Counted from the stretch's first letter, positions 49,330 through 61,143 are shown. The stretch: 64,000 nt of DNA from Hormiphora californensis (GCA_020137815.1 CM035353.1:5022001-5086000); one strand, 5' to 3'. The notes: generated by a model from the letters alone, not told the origin. A program made the numbers and translations.

Positions 49330-52300
49330 CCACCTTCTTTGAAGAGGAGTATACCCAGGTACATAATGGCAGTACCCTGGTAGATTGATATGAGGATCCA
49401 AACAAAGAATGTCTTGAAGGACAACACTCGACCTAACAAAATAGAAAAAGTATTAACCGGCAGATATATCCATCTCACTTTACCTAAATCTGCTGACCCT
49501 ATTATCATTTCTCTCCAGTTCTGCACGCGGAGCACGCGAGAACTGTGGTCAGAGCATTGGCCTGACAGTCAATCTGGGGTCACAGATAATAATTAATTAT
49601 TGTTTATTAATTAAGTTTTAATTAATAATTAACCAATAATTACCCTTTTGTAGCTCTTTGTACAGCTCGGGGTAGGTCATTGCAATCTTCGCATCAACGT
49701 CAACATCGAGTACCAAGAAAAACACAGGACCCATTGTGAAGAATGTGGAATACCTGAAACAGGGGGGGGGGGGGGGTGTTAGAAGGGGATTATAATGGAG
49801 GCCCTCCATTGGAGGGGGTCTAGAATTGGAGTGAGGGATATTTGCTAGTTTGATGACCCACCCAACCTGGTAAATATCACCTACCCAATAAGTAGAATTC
49901 CCTGGTAGAGAGATATGGAGACGAAGAAGAATACCGCGGAGAAGATGGCCTGCATAACCGAGATGATAAGTCCCCGGTGAATAATAAATTGGGAGAGAGA
50001 GGCACATCTGTTGTAGCTGAAAAGGAGTAGTATATTAGGATTGTTTGGTGAACAGATTATTAATCACTGCACGTGTCTAGCAGATTCATTATAAGCGGTT
50101 TCGTGAGACTAATAACACGGTGGCTTGTAGTGGAAAAACGGTAATGAAAAAACGGAGATACAGTAAGACGACGCACAACCGTGGCCAATCAGGGCGCTAG
50201 TACGTGCTGAACAAATGCACTTTTTGCCGCGCGTTATGCAAAGTGTGCGTCTCGTTACAGTATTTCCATTACGGTAATGCGACTACAAGCAGCACTGTAG
50301 GAAAGGAGAGAAGAAGGTGAACAAAGGCTTTATTGACCTTCTCTCAAGGAAAAGTTTCAAACTAACTACAGCTTTATCTGTGTAGAGATACTGGCAACAA
50401 TAATATTTGCACTATTTATCCATAGTGCTCGACAGTATTAACTACAGAGGGGGGGGGGGCTGCAGAGTCACCGCAATGATAGCTTTAATATCTTAACTGA
50501 AGATATAGTTATCATTGCGGTGATGTCTTCAGCGGAGACAATCAGTCGTCATGGTAAGGGAGGGCTCAACAAGATGCTGTCAGAGTGCGCGAGAACTGTG
50601 GTCAGAGCACATTGGCCTGACAGACAAGACATGTGTGTAATACCTGTTTCTTCCGTGCCAGAGGAGGAGCCGTCCGACATGTGAGAACTGATGTAATAGA
50701 GAAGTCAGCGGCGAGTGATGCTTGCTTCCCCTCCTTTCCAACGATTCCAATACCAGCATCCTGCTGCTTGTATCATGCTAACATCGTTACCTCCATCACC
50801 TGTCAAGAATTGTTAACAGGGTTACTCATTTGTATAAATGTATCAGGGGGGGGGGGGGCATAACTTTCGCAAACACAGAGGGGTGCGACGTGCCGAATAA
50901 TATTCCGGAAAATTTTATGGCCACACAAAGTCCGTGATTTTCACCAAAATCTCAGACCACTTTCCGAGTGTCACAGTGCTGCTTGTAGTCGTATTACCGT
51001 AATAGAAATACAGTAATGAGCCACGCACGTTGCATAACACGCGGCAAAAAATGCATGTGTTCAGCACGTACTAGCGCCCTGATTGCCCTGATTGGCCACG
51101 GTTGCGCGTCGTCTTACTGTATCTCCGATTTCCATTACCGTTTTCCCACTACAAGCGACCGTGTCAGGCTGTGTTGCAACTCCTGCAATAAAGTACCCTA
51201 GCTGCACGGTAGGCGGTAAATGTTAACCAGATCTGTGAGAATTTAGCACGTTTTTGCCCATAACTCAGCCATTTCTTGACCAATTTGCAAAATCTTTGGC
51301 TCATTGGAAAGAGGACATTGAGATCTCTCAAATGAGTTCAAGAAAATGAAAATTGGCGCAAATTGCGCGGCGTGGTGGCGAAAACGCGCATTTTGCGCAA
51401 TGACGCCGCGCATTTTGTGCCGATTTTAGTTTTATTGGGCTCATTTGAAAGAGCTCAATGTCCTCTTTCCAACGCGCCTAAGATTTTGCAAATTGGTCAA
51501 GAAATGACTGAGTTATGGACAAAAACGTGGTTTTGCACGTACGTTTTCTCTCAGATCTGGTTAACATTTACCGCCTACCTAGCTGCACTGCAGTAGAAGG
51601 CAGCGTACGCATCGCAATTTATAATATTTCTAATAATATTTCTAATTAATATTAGTATCGGGAATCGAATAGAATTAGAAGAAGCAGCAGCTTATAGACA
51701 GAGGTAACTCCTAAATATTCCCTGGGCAGGTGGGAACAGTGGAGCGCATCCTGAGATAACACGGTCGCTTGTACATAGTGGGAAAACGGTAATGGAAAAC
51801 GAAGATACAGTAAGACGACACGCAACCGTAGCCAATCAGGGCGCTAGTACGTGCTGACACATGAACTTTTTGCCGCGTGTTATGCAACGTGTGTGTCTCA
51901 TTACTATATATTATTTCGCGATACCGTATTTTGACTGCAAGCAGCACTGTAATATTGGACCTCGAGAAAACGTTTTATATGCTCTTGAACAGCAATTTGT
52001 CCCGATCGATCGGAACTACTACAAAGATGATGAAAAAGAGTGTTCCAAGATGTTCTACTGCGAGGAAAAAGGTGCCACCTCCGTCCTTTTACAATACACA
52101 TGTGACGGGAAATGGGACTGTAAAAATGGGGCGGATGAGTGCTTGGAAGCTTGCATGCCGGGTGAAACGTCCGTGATTTTCACCAAAATCTCAGACCCCT
52201 TTCCGAGTGTCAGGCTGTGTTGCAACTCCTGTAATAAAGTACCCAAGCTGCAGCAGAAGGCAGCGTACGCATCGCAATTTATAATATTTCTAATAATATT

Positions 52301-55300
52301 TATAATATTTGTAATACTATTTCTAATTAATATTCGTATCGGGAATACGATCGAATAAAAATAATCGAAACCGTTCGATTCTATACTGAATCAGTACTAT
52401 AAAAAGTAAAATTGCTCTTGCTGCCGCTCGGAGAAATTCAGTGGGTTCGTTTATTTGCTTTTCTTTTTTGTGATTCTAGTATAACGGCTTCATCAGGGTC
52501 CCTAAAAACTACGAAATAACACCTGACTGAGGGTTGCAAAATGTTACCCATAGTTATTTTGACCCTGCTAAATCTCCAAGGTATAAATATCACATCACAT
52601 CACCCAGGACGGGGAACGCTTCATTGCACCCTTACAGCGTCCTTGTAGAACTAGAAGAAGAAGTTTATAGACAGAGGTGTAACTCCTAAATATTCCCTGG
52701 GCAGGTGGGAACAGTGGAGCGCATCCTGAGATAATTTTGGACCTCGAGAAAACGTTTTTATATGCTCTTGAACAGCAATTTATCCCGATCGATCGGAACT
52801 ACTACAAGTGTGGTCACATGACAAGTTTCGCGAGTACCAAAGATCTAAAACTGGCTACTACCGGTTTTAATAACCACCTCAAATGTCCCTTCCAACCCCA
52901 CGAAATGACGACCTGTAGGCACTTCCACGGTCCACTCTTTTTTATCACCCAGGGGAAAGTAGATGAGTGTATGTTACATACACAATGGAGTTGCGTTATT
53001 GAGGATGACCTTTGGTGTAACGGCTTCTCTCAATGTCTATGGGATGAATGTGACTGCCCTGGAAGGGACGATAACGCCGTTTTTACCTGCCCGGGGGGTC
53101 ATGGTTGTGTGACATTCACCCATGTGTGTGATGGACAGGTTGACTGTCCGGGGGGCGAGGATGAGAGGGCATGTACGGGTGCTGTCCTTGAAAGGTGTTG
53201 GTCCCAATTGGCTGTTTACAGTGAGATATACACTAACTACAACTCCCGGAAATGGTGCGAGCAGTATGTGGGGGACCTTGAGTGGGAGTGCACACGAGAC
53301 ATCAGTGGTCCCGAGCTCAAGTGTATTGGAGCTAACACAGATATAGCTACATCACGGGACTCCAATATTGAGTGCCTTATCTTCTTGATATCCTTCATCA
53401 TGAACCCGGACACAAATAAAGATTATCCGCTAAGTGTGATTTGTGATGATAACTGTGTAGGAGTGAGTACGGAGACCTGCACGAGGGTGATACGATATAG
53501 GGGTCTCCCTGCATACAGGTGCCAAGGTAGTAAGGAAGTTGTCGCACTGGACCATCTTTGTGATGGAGAGTATAGCTGCCCCATGAAAGATGATGAAAAA
53601 GAGTGTTCCAAGATGTTCTACTGCGAGGAAAAAGGTGCCACATCCGTCCTTTTACAATACACATGTGACGGGAAATGGGACTGTAAAAATGGGGCGGATG
53701 AGTGCTTGGAAGCTTGCATGCCGGGTAAAACGTCGGACGTGAAAAACTTGATAAAGCCGGGAATAAGATACACCCTTCTTTCCATCTTCATCCTTCTCCT
53801 GATCTCCATTTCAGTCTTCTTCCGTAGGTTCACAAAAGTCTGGCAGATGGTAGAACCACAGAGACCGGAACACAGTCTTCCCCAATTCCTCCTGATCCTG
53901 TACAGCTGCTGCATGGCTGGCTACATTCTCATTGTCCTGTGCATGGACCTACATTACCAAGGTTCATTCTGCGTGTACTACATTACATGGCGAGCAAGCA
54001 TTCTCTGTCAGGTTCTAGGTGTTCTTTTCTCCTTCTCGACACACGGCTCCTTTCTCGTCATCATTCAAATGAGTTTGGATAGTCTTCGGAATATGATATG
54101 GTGCACAACTGATTACCAAATCAGATATTTCACTGCTGCCGCCCATGTCTTTGGAAGTCTGGTCCTTGCGGTGGTGCCTCTCAAGGGTCTGGGAATATTT
54201 TCAACAGATATTCACTTTCCACAGGCAATCCCATTTAAAACCACCCCGGGTGCCGCCAATGCATCTGGTATTAAGAGTATTTTCCGGGTACTAAATGGTT
54301 CAGATAGTCTCGCAACTGAGGGCAAGGTATGCAGTGATTACAAAACCCCCTGACTTCGGTTCTTGAAAATAAAACCCAACCCCCAGAAATACGAACCGCA
54401 CGATGGGATCTGGAGGTTTATCCCTCTGGGGGTGCCCCTCTTCATCCGACTGCGGGGGGTGGGAAGATCCTCTATGGGTTGGCTATCTCATTGGCACTGT
54501 TAACTCTAGTTGGTGCTATCATGCACCTTGGGTTCTGTAGCGGGGCTAAAAGGGTTAATCCCAATGCACCCCCCAAAAAGCGCAAAACTCCCTGAAATGC
54601 ACAAAAACGCCGGGCCCCAAATCGAAACCACAAAAAAGCCGGCCCCCCAAATCGCACAAAAACCCGCCGGGCCCTCAAATCGCAAAAACACCGGCCCCTC
54701 AAATCGCACACCACACCCGGGGCCCTAAAAAAAACGCAAACTATCCGGTACCCCCAAACAGTTATCGCTGCCAAAAAGTTTTGGGCTTGGATATTGTTGC
54801 CACGAGTGTTTAAAAACCAAAACTCGCTCTTTTTTGGGGACTGCGGGTAGGGTGTTTATGGTTGGCCTTTTTGGGTTCCCTCGTAGTTACCAGCACGATT
54901 GATGCAATTGTGATAGCTGCCACGGGAATGGTGTCTAAGAGTACCTAGTGAATAGCATCGAAAGCTAAACCACACCCGGTGTCCGAGGGGTTCAAAAATG
55001 GCCGAAATACAATTTGGTCGACGGGAATGGTCTTCCCGTATTCCTCTATCTCGGACACCGGGAAACCACATGCACAGTGGAGTGCTAAAACTCAACAACT
55101 GCAGATGCTGTGGAAAGTGGTGACCTACAACTCTGGCTCATGCAACTGCTGTTGCAGAACACAAAAGAGCTAGATAGAACTTTGGAATCATCCTAGGATA
55201 TGAGTCCAAGACAGTATAATACAGAGCAAGCGCTGTGTTAGTAGTTAGACTATGCTGAGACTCAATAAGGTTACATATGAGCTGAGGGATTGTTAAAAAC

Positions 55301-58005
55301 AAGCATTTGTGGATGGATTCTACTCTATGACTATCCCATTATTAATGAAGTTTTTGCCGATACATGTATTTCGGAGTCTTTTGGCTGTTTTAAAAATTTA
55401 TTTGGAGCATTACTTTCCCTTTTTAACGGACTTTCGTTTTGCTTTTTCCTTAAACCATGGGAAATTTTGGGGTCTCCCCTCCTAAAAAAAATTGGGGTTT
55501 AGGGGGTGGGCAAAGTTTCCCATGATAGTGTGGGGATCTGTAGCGGGGAAAGGGTCGCTTGGTTACCCGGGCAATACCCCCATTTGTATCCGTTTAGGGG
55601 GAAAACCCTTAAATTTTTTCCCCTAAAGAGAAAAGGGGGCCATCCGGGTTTCGTGTTTACATTGTGTACATTGAGTTAACCAAATGTATTTTTGCGCAAA
55701 AAAGCCGTCCTTTTATAGTAATTTTGGGGGTTTCTTCGCCGCGCGACTCCCGTTGTTTTGTACAGACTCCTGGCCCCTGGAACACCCACAATGGGGGTGG
55801 GAAATATCGGGTTTTTTTTTCTCGAATTTCTCTTATTTTGGATATACTTAAAGGGTAAAATTTTAAAATCAAACCCCTATCTTTCTTTTTCACTTTTCTC
55901 TTAATCTTTTTCTTTCTCTGCTTTTCTTTTCTTCCCCCTTTTCCCCCCATTTTTTTTTTCAATAAACGCTTTTTGGGGGGGTTAATGAAACCAATGCTGA
56001 AATATGAAAAAGGAGAGGAAAAATAAAAAAAAAAAAAAAGAAAGACCCAAAAAGACCGGGGGGTTTTCTTTTAAAAACCGTTGGGGCTCCCCTTTTCCCC
56101 CCCCTTTTTTTAAAACTCAAATTTTCCCCGTTTTTGGGGGGTTTCATGGGACCCCACCAGGGGGCCCCATCCAAGCTTCTGAAAAGGGCCCCCAAAGGAT
56201 TAGGAATTAAATTTTAAAGGAAAAAATTTTTTGAAAAAGGGAGATTAGCACCCGGCGGGTTTGGGGGGGAAATAATGCAGACAGAACTGTTATTTAAAAA
56301 AAAACTTTGCTTTTGAATTTTAACCTTTTCCCCTTTTCCTGGGAAAATTTACCTTTTAAAAGGGAGGGAGTAACCAATAACCAAACGATTCTTTTTCGTA
56401 TCTCCCCAAATTTTTAGTAAAATCCCAAATTCAGGGGGGATTTCCTGGGGGAAGGGGAGTATTAAAAGCAAACCCCCATGGGGGGGGTGGGAAATGAAAA
56501 AGCAAAACCGGGGGGGGAAAAGTTTTTAAAAAAATACCTGGGGTGGGGGAATTTTTCAAAAAACAAATACCGGGGTTGGGGGTTTAAAAAGGGGAAAAAA
56601 AGGGGATGGGGGGATGGGAATGCAGAAATTCTAGGTGGGAATTTCCCCCGAACAAATACCGGGGGATGGGGGATTTTAAAAAAATACCTGGGGGGGATGG
56701 GGAATAGTTAAAAAGAAAATCCCCGGGGTGGGGAAAGGGGGTGGGGGGGTATTTTTAAAAAGAGACAAAACCGGGGGTGGGAGATATTTAAAAAAAAGAC
56801 AAATACCGGGGGGGGGGGGGGATGGGGAGGGGGGGAAAAAAAAAAGGGGAGGATTTCAAAAAAGGGGGGGGTTTTCAAAAAACCAATGGGGGGGGGTGGG
56901 GAGGGGGATAGTTAACAGAGACAAATACCGGGGGGGGGGGGGGTGGATATCATACAAATAACACCTGAAACTGTAATGTTACAACCTAGCTCTTACAAAT
57001 CTCACCTTGATTCCTGCATTAGCTAGCAACTCAAGGGTGGTCCGGACCTCAGGTTGTAACTTGTCCTCAACCCCAGTTACACACAACAACTGCATGTCTC
57101 CCTCCAAGGTCAGTTGTACTTGTCTCATGAGTCGGGCCCGGTCCGTTATACTCAACTTGGCGTCGTTGTATCTGTAGCGGAGTTAGATAGATATTGCTAA
57201 ATATGGCAGATTATTGTGTATACTGAGGATCTAATTTTAGGAGGCTCCGCGACACTGACTACGCTTGGTAACGCAGTTCCCCCTACATTGCGGGCACGCT
57301 AAAACGTGCCTTACTATCGCAATGCCCTATGTAGGGGTAACAGAATCGGTTTCATATTTTTCAAAAATTAATACCGCCTCAACCATAAAACAGATTTGGC
57401 TAAATCCTTTTTCTACAGCCATGAAATTGTCTCAAGAATTGTGTAGTATGTTAATTTTGATGTTATTTCATCATTAACACTGTTTTTGAAGTTGAATTTC
57501 GATGAAGATCGCGTTTTTGAAACTTCATATTCGGTGAGATGGTGCTGTGGACTATACCTAGGACAATTGTGATAAAATCAATTCAAATTAAGTTATAGTT
57601 TGGCCGTGAAAATTCGACAAAGTTGGTAAAAAACAGCAGAATCGGAGGCTAAAATCTTGGACTAGTGACATATCATGTCCTGGCGTGCCATCGCGCCCTA
57701 CGTAAAGTATAGTAATTGTGGGGTGGGGTGCCATGCCTGGACGTGTCAGCGATACTTTTTAAGGAATTTACTTAAAAACGGGTAGGCGGTTCTGTTACCC
57801 CTCGACAGAGGGGTAACTTCGTTACCAATGACTACGCGATTGATATTATGAACAAAACGCCTAAACAAGCCTGATTAGGCTTTACATATTATAGAACTAA
57901 CTGGTAGAGATAGCTGAGAGTTTTGGACCTATTTTCTGATTTTATTTTAGAAAGAGGTAGAGAAATAGACAGCATGAGATAGAAAGAGAGATTTAAAGGA
58001 AGGGT

Positions 58006-58087
<82 letters not shown>

Positions 58088-59123
58088 TATAAAAAAGAGT
58101 GATAGAGAAAGAGAGAAAGAAAGAATGAGATAAAAAGAGTGAGAGGGAGAGAGATAAAAAGAACACGAGGGTGGGAAAGAGTGTCCAGTATTCACCATGC
58201 CCATCTCAAATGCTCTCACTCCTACGCTAGACACAGCTGTCTCTTTTAGATGTCCTTTAGAGATTTCTAAACCGTACCCTTTTTATAAAATCAGAGAGAT
58301 AAAGGGAGAGATAAAGGGAGAGAATAATAGTTAGAGGGAGAGCAAAACATGCTTCATTTCCCAAAGCTAACTCTTTGTCTGAAAAAGAAGATGTGGGATG
58401 CAATCAATCCCCGTTCTTTTACTGATAGCAGTGACTCTATTGATGACCGTGATGGATAGTTATGATTTTTTCGTCAAATCTTAATAATTTATTGCCTAGC
58501 TAGACTATGTTTCGCGTGCAAATGTAAAGGAGGGTTAGAACATAACAAATAATTTACATGTTTAATTTTTTGTAAAATTCACATAGAAGCAGTAATGGTA
58601 ATTATTCCTGACAGTGACCTATCTTAGCACGTAGAATCGATTGCCGTTGAAGGCAAACTTCTAAAATATCGATAACACGGTTAACATCAGAGTTTTCTGT
58701 CTAAAAATTTTTTTGCCCTAAACGGTGATTTTAAAATATGTAGAATAAAGTCTAAAAAACGTTCAATCATAAAATATTCAATCGACCAAAGTTGGAATAT
58801 CGATGGGAATTTTTAGGGCTGATTAGTCCCTCCCAGTAGTTAAATTAGTCAAGCTTATTAAGTCATGAAATTCAATTACAGTCGGACCCCGACTTACCGG
58901 GATGCTCGGGGGAAAGGGTATTGCCCGGTAAATCGGGGTTCCGGTAAATCGGGGCCCGGTAAATCGGGGTCCGACTATACATAATATAAGTTTAGTTACT
59001 CAAACCTGCGTTCAAAGTCATCATATTGCTCTTGTGAGAGAGTCTTCTTAGCGACAACGAGAGTCCTGTATCCTTCCCTTGCCATATTGTCACACTCCTC
59101 GTCAAGCCAATCATTGTATTGTA
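48614..59123 (-). CDS. ATP9B: Phospholipid-transporting P4-ATPase class II (ATP9A/B, Neo1/TAT-5 type), 3' part of a multi-exon gene; 5' exons not found in the window
   Basis: Eight readable exons with consistent phases and GT-AG ends spell [25 protein letters not shown] ... TGVEDKLQ ... [13 protein letters not shown] ... [18 protein letters not shown] ... [15 protein letters not shown], collinear with human ATP9B. Confidence 0.95.
49014..49120 (-). CDS. ATP9B: ATP9 exon ([35 protein letters not shown])
   Basis: tttcag| ... CAG|gtaact. Confidence 0.9.
49176..49326. repeat. Intronic (AG)n/(AGAT)n microsatellite
   Basis: Read directly. Confidence 0.9.
49334..49432 (-). CDS. ATP9B: ATP9 exon ([33 protein letters not shown])
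   Basis: tgttag| ... G|gtgggt. Confidence 0.9.
49644..49753 (-). CDS. ATP9B: ATP9 exon ([36 protein letters not shown])
   Basis: tttcag| ... G|gtaatt. Confidence 0.9.
49885..50016 (-). CDS. ATP9B: ATP9 exon ([44 protein letters not shown])
   Basis: tttcag| ... GG|gtaggt. Confidence 0.9.
50116..50297 (+). mobile_element. CACGG...CACTG family MITE
   Basis: Homologous to 29782-29962; flanks TAA/TAG. Confidence 0.85.
50644..50799 (-). CDS. ATP9B: ATP9 exon ([51 protein letters not shown]) with two apparent 1-bp insertions
   Basis: GDGGND hinge motif; extra bases near 50761 and 50691 break the frame as assembled. Confidence 0.85.
50974..51163 (-). mobile_element. CACGG...CACTG family MITE, TSD TCA
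   Basis: Empty site ccgagtgTCAggctgtg at ~52203. Confidence 0.85.
51208..51579. mobile_element. MULE-type MITE with 9-bp TSD TAGCTGCAC
   Basis: Same TIR as 27986; perfect TSD at 51199-51207 and 51580-51588. Confidence 0.95.
51675..52358 (+). pseudogene. Internally deleted partial duplicate of the LDLa-GPCR (one LDLa repeat plus a new hydrophobic tail)
   Basis: Matches 52650-52807 joined in frame to 53588-53733; a MITE sits at 51760-51949. Confidence 0.75.
51760..51949 (+). mobile_element. CACGG...CACTG family MITE, TSD TAA
   Basis: Empty site gagaTAAttttgg at ~52730. Confidence 0.85.
52737..54353 (+). CDS. Intronless LDL-receptor class A repeat GPCR (GRL101/LGR type C-like, no LRRs), nested antisense in an ATP9 intron; probably spans ~52541 to ~54950
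   Basis: Four LDLa-like repeats (e.g. [37 protein letters not shown]), TM1-4 with [13 protein letters not shown] before TM3; signal-peptide-like [14 protein letters not shown] at 52541 and TM5-like [24 protein letters not shown] at ~54465 in shifted frames of low-quality sequence. Confidence 0.85.
   Translation: MDLEKTFLYALEQQFIPIDRNYYKCGHMTSFASTKDLKLATTGFNNHLKCPFQPHEMTTCRHFHGPLFFITQGKVDECMLHTQWSCVIEDDLWCNGFSQCLWDECDCPGRDDNAVFTCPGGHGCVTFTHVCDGQVDCPGGEDERACTGAVLERCWSQLAVYSEIYTNYNSRKWCEQYVGDLEWECTRDISGPELKCIGANTDIATSRDSNIECLIFLISFIMNPDTNKDYPLSVICDDNCVGVSTETCTRVIRYRGLPAYRCQGSKEVVALDHLCDGEYSCPMKDDEKECSKMFYCEEKGATSVLLQYTCDGKWDCKNGADECLEACMPGKTSDVKNLIKPGIRYTLLSIFILLLISISVFFRRFTKVWQMVEPQRPEHSLPQFLLILYSCCMAGYILIVLCMDLHYQGSFCVYYITWRASILCQVLGVLFSFSTHGSFLVIIQMSLDSLRNMIWCTTDYQIRYFTAAAHVFGSLVLAVVPLKGLGIFSTDIHFPQAIPFKTTPGAANASGIKSIFRVLNGSDSLATEGKVCSDYKTP
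55400..56935 (-). other. Low-quality sequence containing the garbled ATP9 CRCSPTQK exon (~56070-56185) and a garbled 35-bp minisatellite (~56440-56935)
   Basis: Residual similarity to the reverse complement of 8003-8780 and 3916-6001, with homopolymer inflation. Confidence 0.7.
57006..57171 (-). CDS. ATP9B: ATP9 exon (YNDAKLS...TGVEDKLQ...NAGIK)
   Basis: tacag| ... AAG|gtgaga; phase matches exon 59006-59123. Confidence 0.92.
57265..57828. mobile_element. MITE with 9-bp TSD TGACTACGC (Merlin- or MULE-type)
   Basis: TGACTACGC|TTGGTAACGCAGTTCCCCT...AGGGGTAACTTCGTTACCAA|TGACTACGC. Confidence 0.9.
58008..58084. repeat. (AG)n microsatellite
   Basis: Read directly. Confidence 0.95.
58879..58977. 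mobile_element. Short CAGTCGGACCCCGA-family MITE, TA flanks
   Basis: Same TIR as 10358-10529. Confidence 0.85.
59006..59123 (-). CDS. ATP9B: ATP9 exon ([39 protein letters not shown])
   Basis: ccccag| ... AG|gtttga; EG.RTL nucleotide-binding-domain motif. Confidence 0.92.
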
Positions 59124-59785
59124 CTGGGGATATGAGAGATAGAAGAGGGGAGAGGGGGGAGATTAGATGAGCGAGTATAGAATTGCAAGATAGATTAGAG
59201 CAGAGAGTCATAGATGAAGGAGTAGCAGAGAGAGCCGATTCAGAGTACGGCTCGTGAGCGAGCTCTCTCTACGCACGAGACGTCGCTATCTCTCGCGAGT
59301 CTCTCGTCAGCCGCTGTCATGGACGGCGAAGCAGAGGAGAGGAGAGAGCGAGAGAGAGAGACCGAGGAGCTCAGAGAGCGCGCACCGAGGTCGAGTAGCA
59401 GAGCCCAGAGGAGAGAGCTAGAGAGAGAGTACGAGAGACGTCGGAAGAGCTAGGACTGCGAGAGAGGAGCGAGAGATGAGAGAGAGAGAGAGAAAGGCAA
59501 GGTTGCTCCATGTTGGCTCTCACTCGCTTTTCTTGTACGGAGGAAAAATGGAAAAATAGTACAATACTATAACAATGGAATCCTTCGTAGCGAAGAGGGA
59601 GAGGAATATATGAATATGTAATAGCAAAAATAGAAGCCATAGACTATCTGGTAGCTTTGAACTCATTTGTCTTTTGCCCAACTGCCTCTTTCCATAATAC
59701 ATCACATCGCAGTGTGATAAACGGTGTGATGCGATATCTCACTGAGCGAAGTCACAATGTGAATAACACAGTTCTACATTTAGAC

Positions 59786-60689
59786 ATGGAAAAGCCTCTG
59801 ATTCAGATACTTGGTATCATTCTCATTATTTTGACGGTGTCTGCTGATATACCAACAGGTAAATTTAACTCGTCAAATTTTAATATTTATAATATCTCTG
59901 CTTTAAAAGTGATTCCTGGCAAAGCGCTCGACAGGATCAAGATTCTGGAGCTGATTATCTTTATAATACATCATTTTTATTATCGAAAGCACTAATTACG
60001 GGCTCTAAATTGAGGGTTAAGTTTTCTAAACTGTTTTAGAGTGGAGTGACACTAAAGGAATTGAAGAACAAATTAACGACACCTTTCCTGTTGAGCTGCT
60101 AGCAGAAGGTGATGGAAAGATTTCCATCTTCTTCTACAGAGGTGAGGTTGCCATTGATAAGCTTGGTGGTGTGTTAAAGTACTCAATAATGCGTTGTACT
60201 GGACAGACATATGGCTTTGAATCCTTTCCAGAAGCCATCCCAGATACATCAGAGAGAGTTTGGAGGATGACTAAGAGTCCAGACGGGCTTCAGATCCATT
60301 GTAATGGGTTGAAAGTACTAGACTACATCTTCAATAGTGATCCTACCAATGAAAACTATAAAAAACGCTGCGTGGACCTTTGGTCAGGAGAATCAAAAGG
60401 GACACTGACGATTTGGACTATAGATGAGGTCACAAAGAAGATGCGAGGTAAGATTCTGCGATTGGTTCAATTATCTATTGAAATAGATCTATTTGACAAA
60501 TAGATCTATTTTAATTAACCCCTTCTTATTTTCTAGTTGTTGCATGCCCTGCAATCCCCCAGTATGGAATCACCCAGATCCAGCCGATAGGGACGGTAAT
60601 GATGGTACAATGCAATAAGAAACAAAGAATGATACCCATAGAATGTACTGAAGACAGGACCTGGACATGGACTACACCTAAATGTGTTG
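59786..60689 (+). CDS. Secreted protein A: signal peptide, ~135-aa Cys-containing domain, sushi/CCP-like module (exons 59786-59858, 60040-60447, 60537-60689; 3' end not seen)
   Basis: MEKPLIQILGIILIILTVSA signal peptide; three phase-1 GT-AG junctions; CPAIP...VQCN...IECTEDRTWTWTTPKC sushi-like Cys/Trp pattern. Confidence 0.75.
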
Positions 60690-60878
60690 GTAAGTGGTTT
60701 TGGGTCAACTGTACAATTTGGGAACACTTTATGTGTTGGTAAGTGGTTTTGGGTCAACTGTACAATTTGGGAACACTATATGTGGTGGTAAGTGGTTTTG
60801 GGTCAACTGTACAATTTGGGAACACTTTATGTGTTGGTAAGTGGTTTTGGGTCAACTGTACAATTTGGGAACACATTA
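60682..60878 (+). repeat. 49-bp tandem repeat x4, each containing G|GTAAGT
   Basis: ATGTGTTGGTAAGTGGTTTTGGGTCAACTGTACAATTTGGGAACACTTT at 60682, 60731, 60780 and 60829. Confidence 0.9.
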
Positions 60879-61042
60879 TGGGCTGGTTAGGGGAGAGAAA
60901 GTCAAGTCACCTAATTTAACATTGTGCATAGAACTGGGGCAATTGTTCATAAAAGCAGGGCTAGCTTTTGTGTTTCAGTTTGCGTATACAACGTAAATTT
61001 GTTTGTTGTTTTTAATTACTTTTTATAACTCTATATTGTGTT

Positions 61043-61056
61043 GAGAGAGAGATAAA

Positions 61057-61143
<87 letters not shown>

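Noticed and set aside
54360-56935. K/G/P/F-rich ORFs and G-quadruplex-like runs (also 6010-6130, 39990-40170, 62230-63220)
   Set aside because: Largely homopolymer-inflated low-quality read ends, several recognisable as garbled versions of sequence present cleanly elsewhere in the window.
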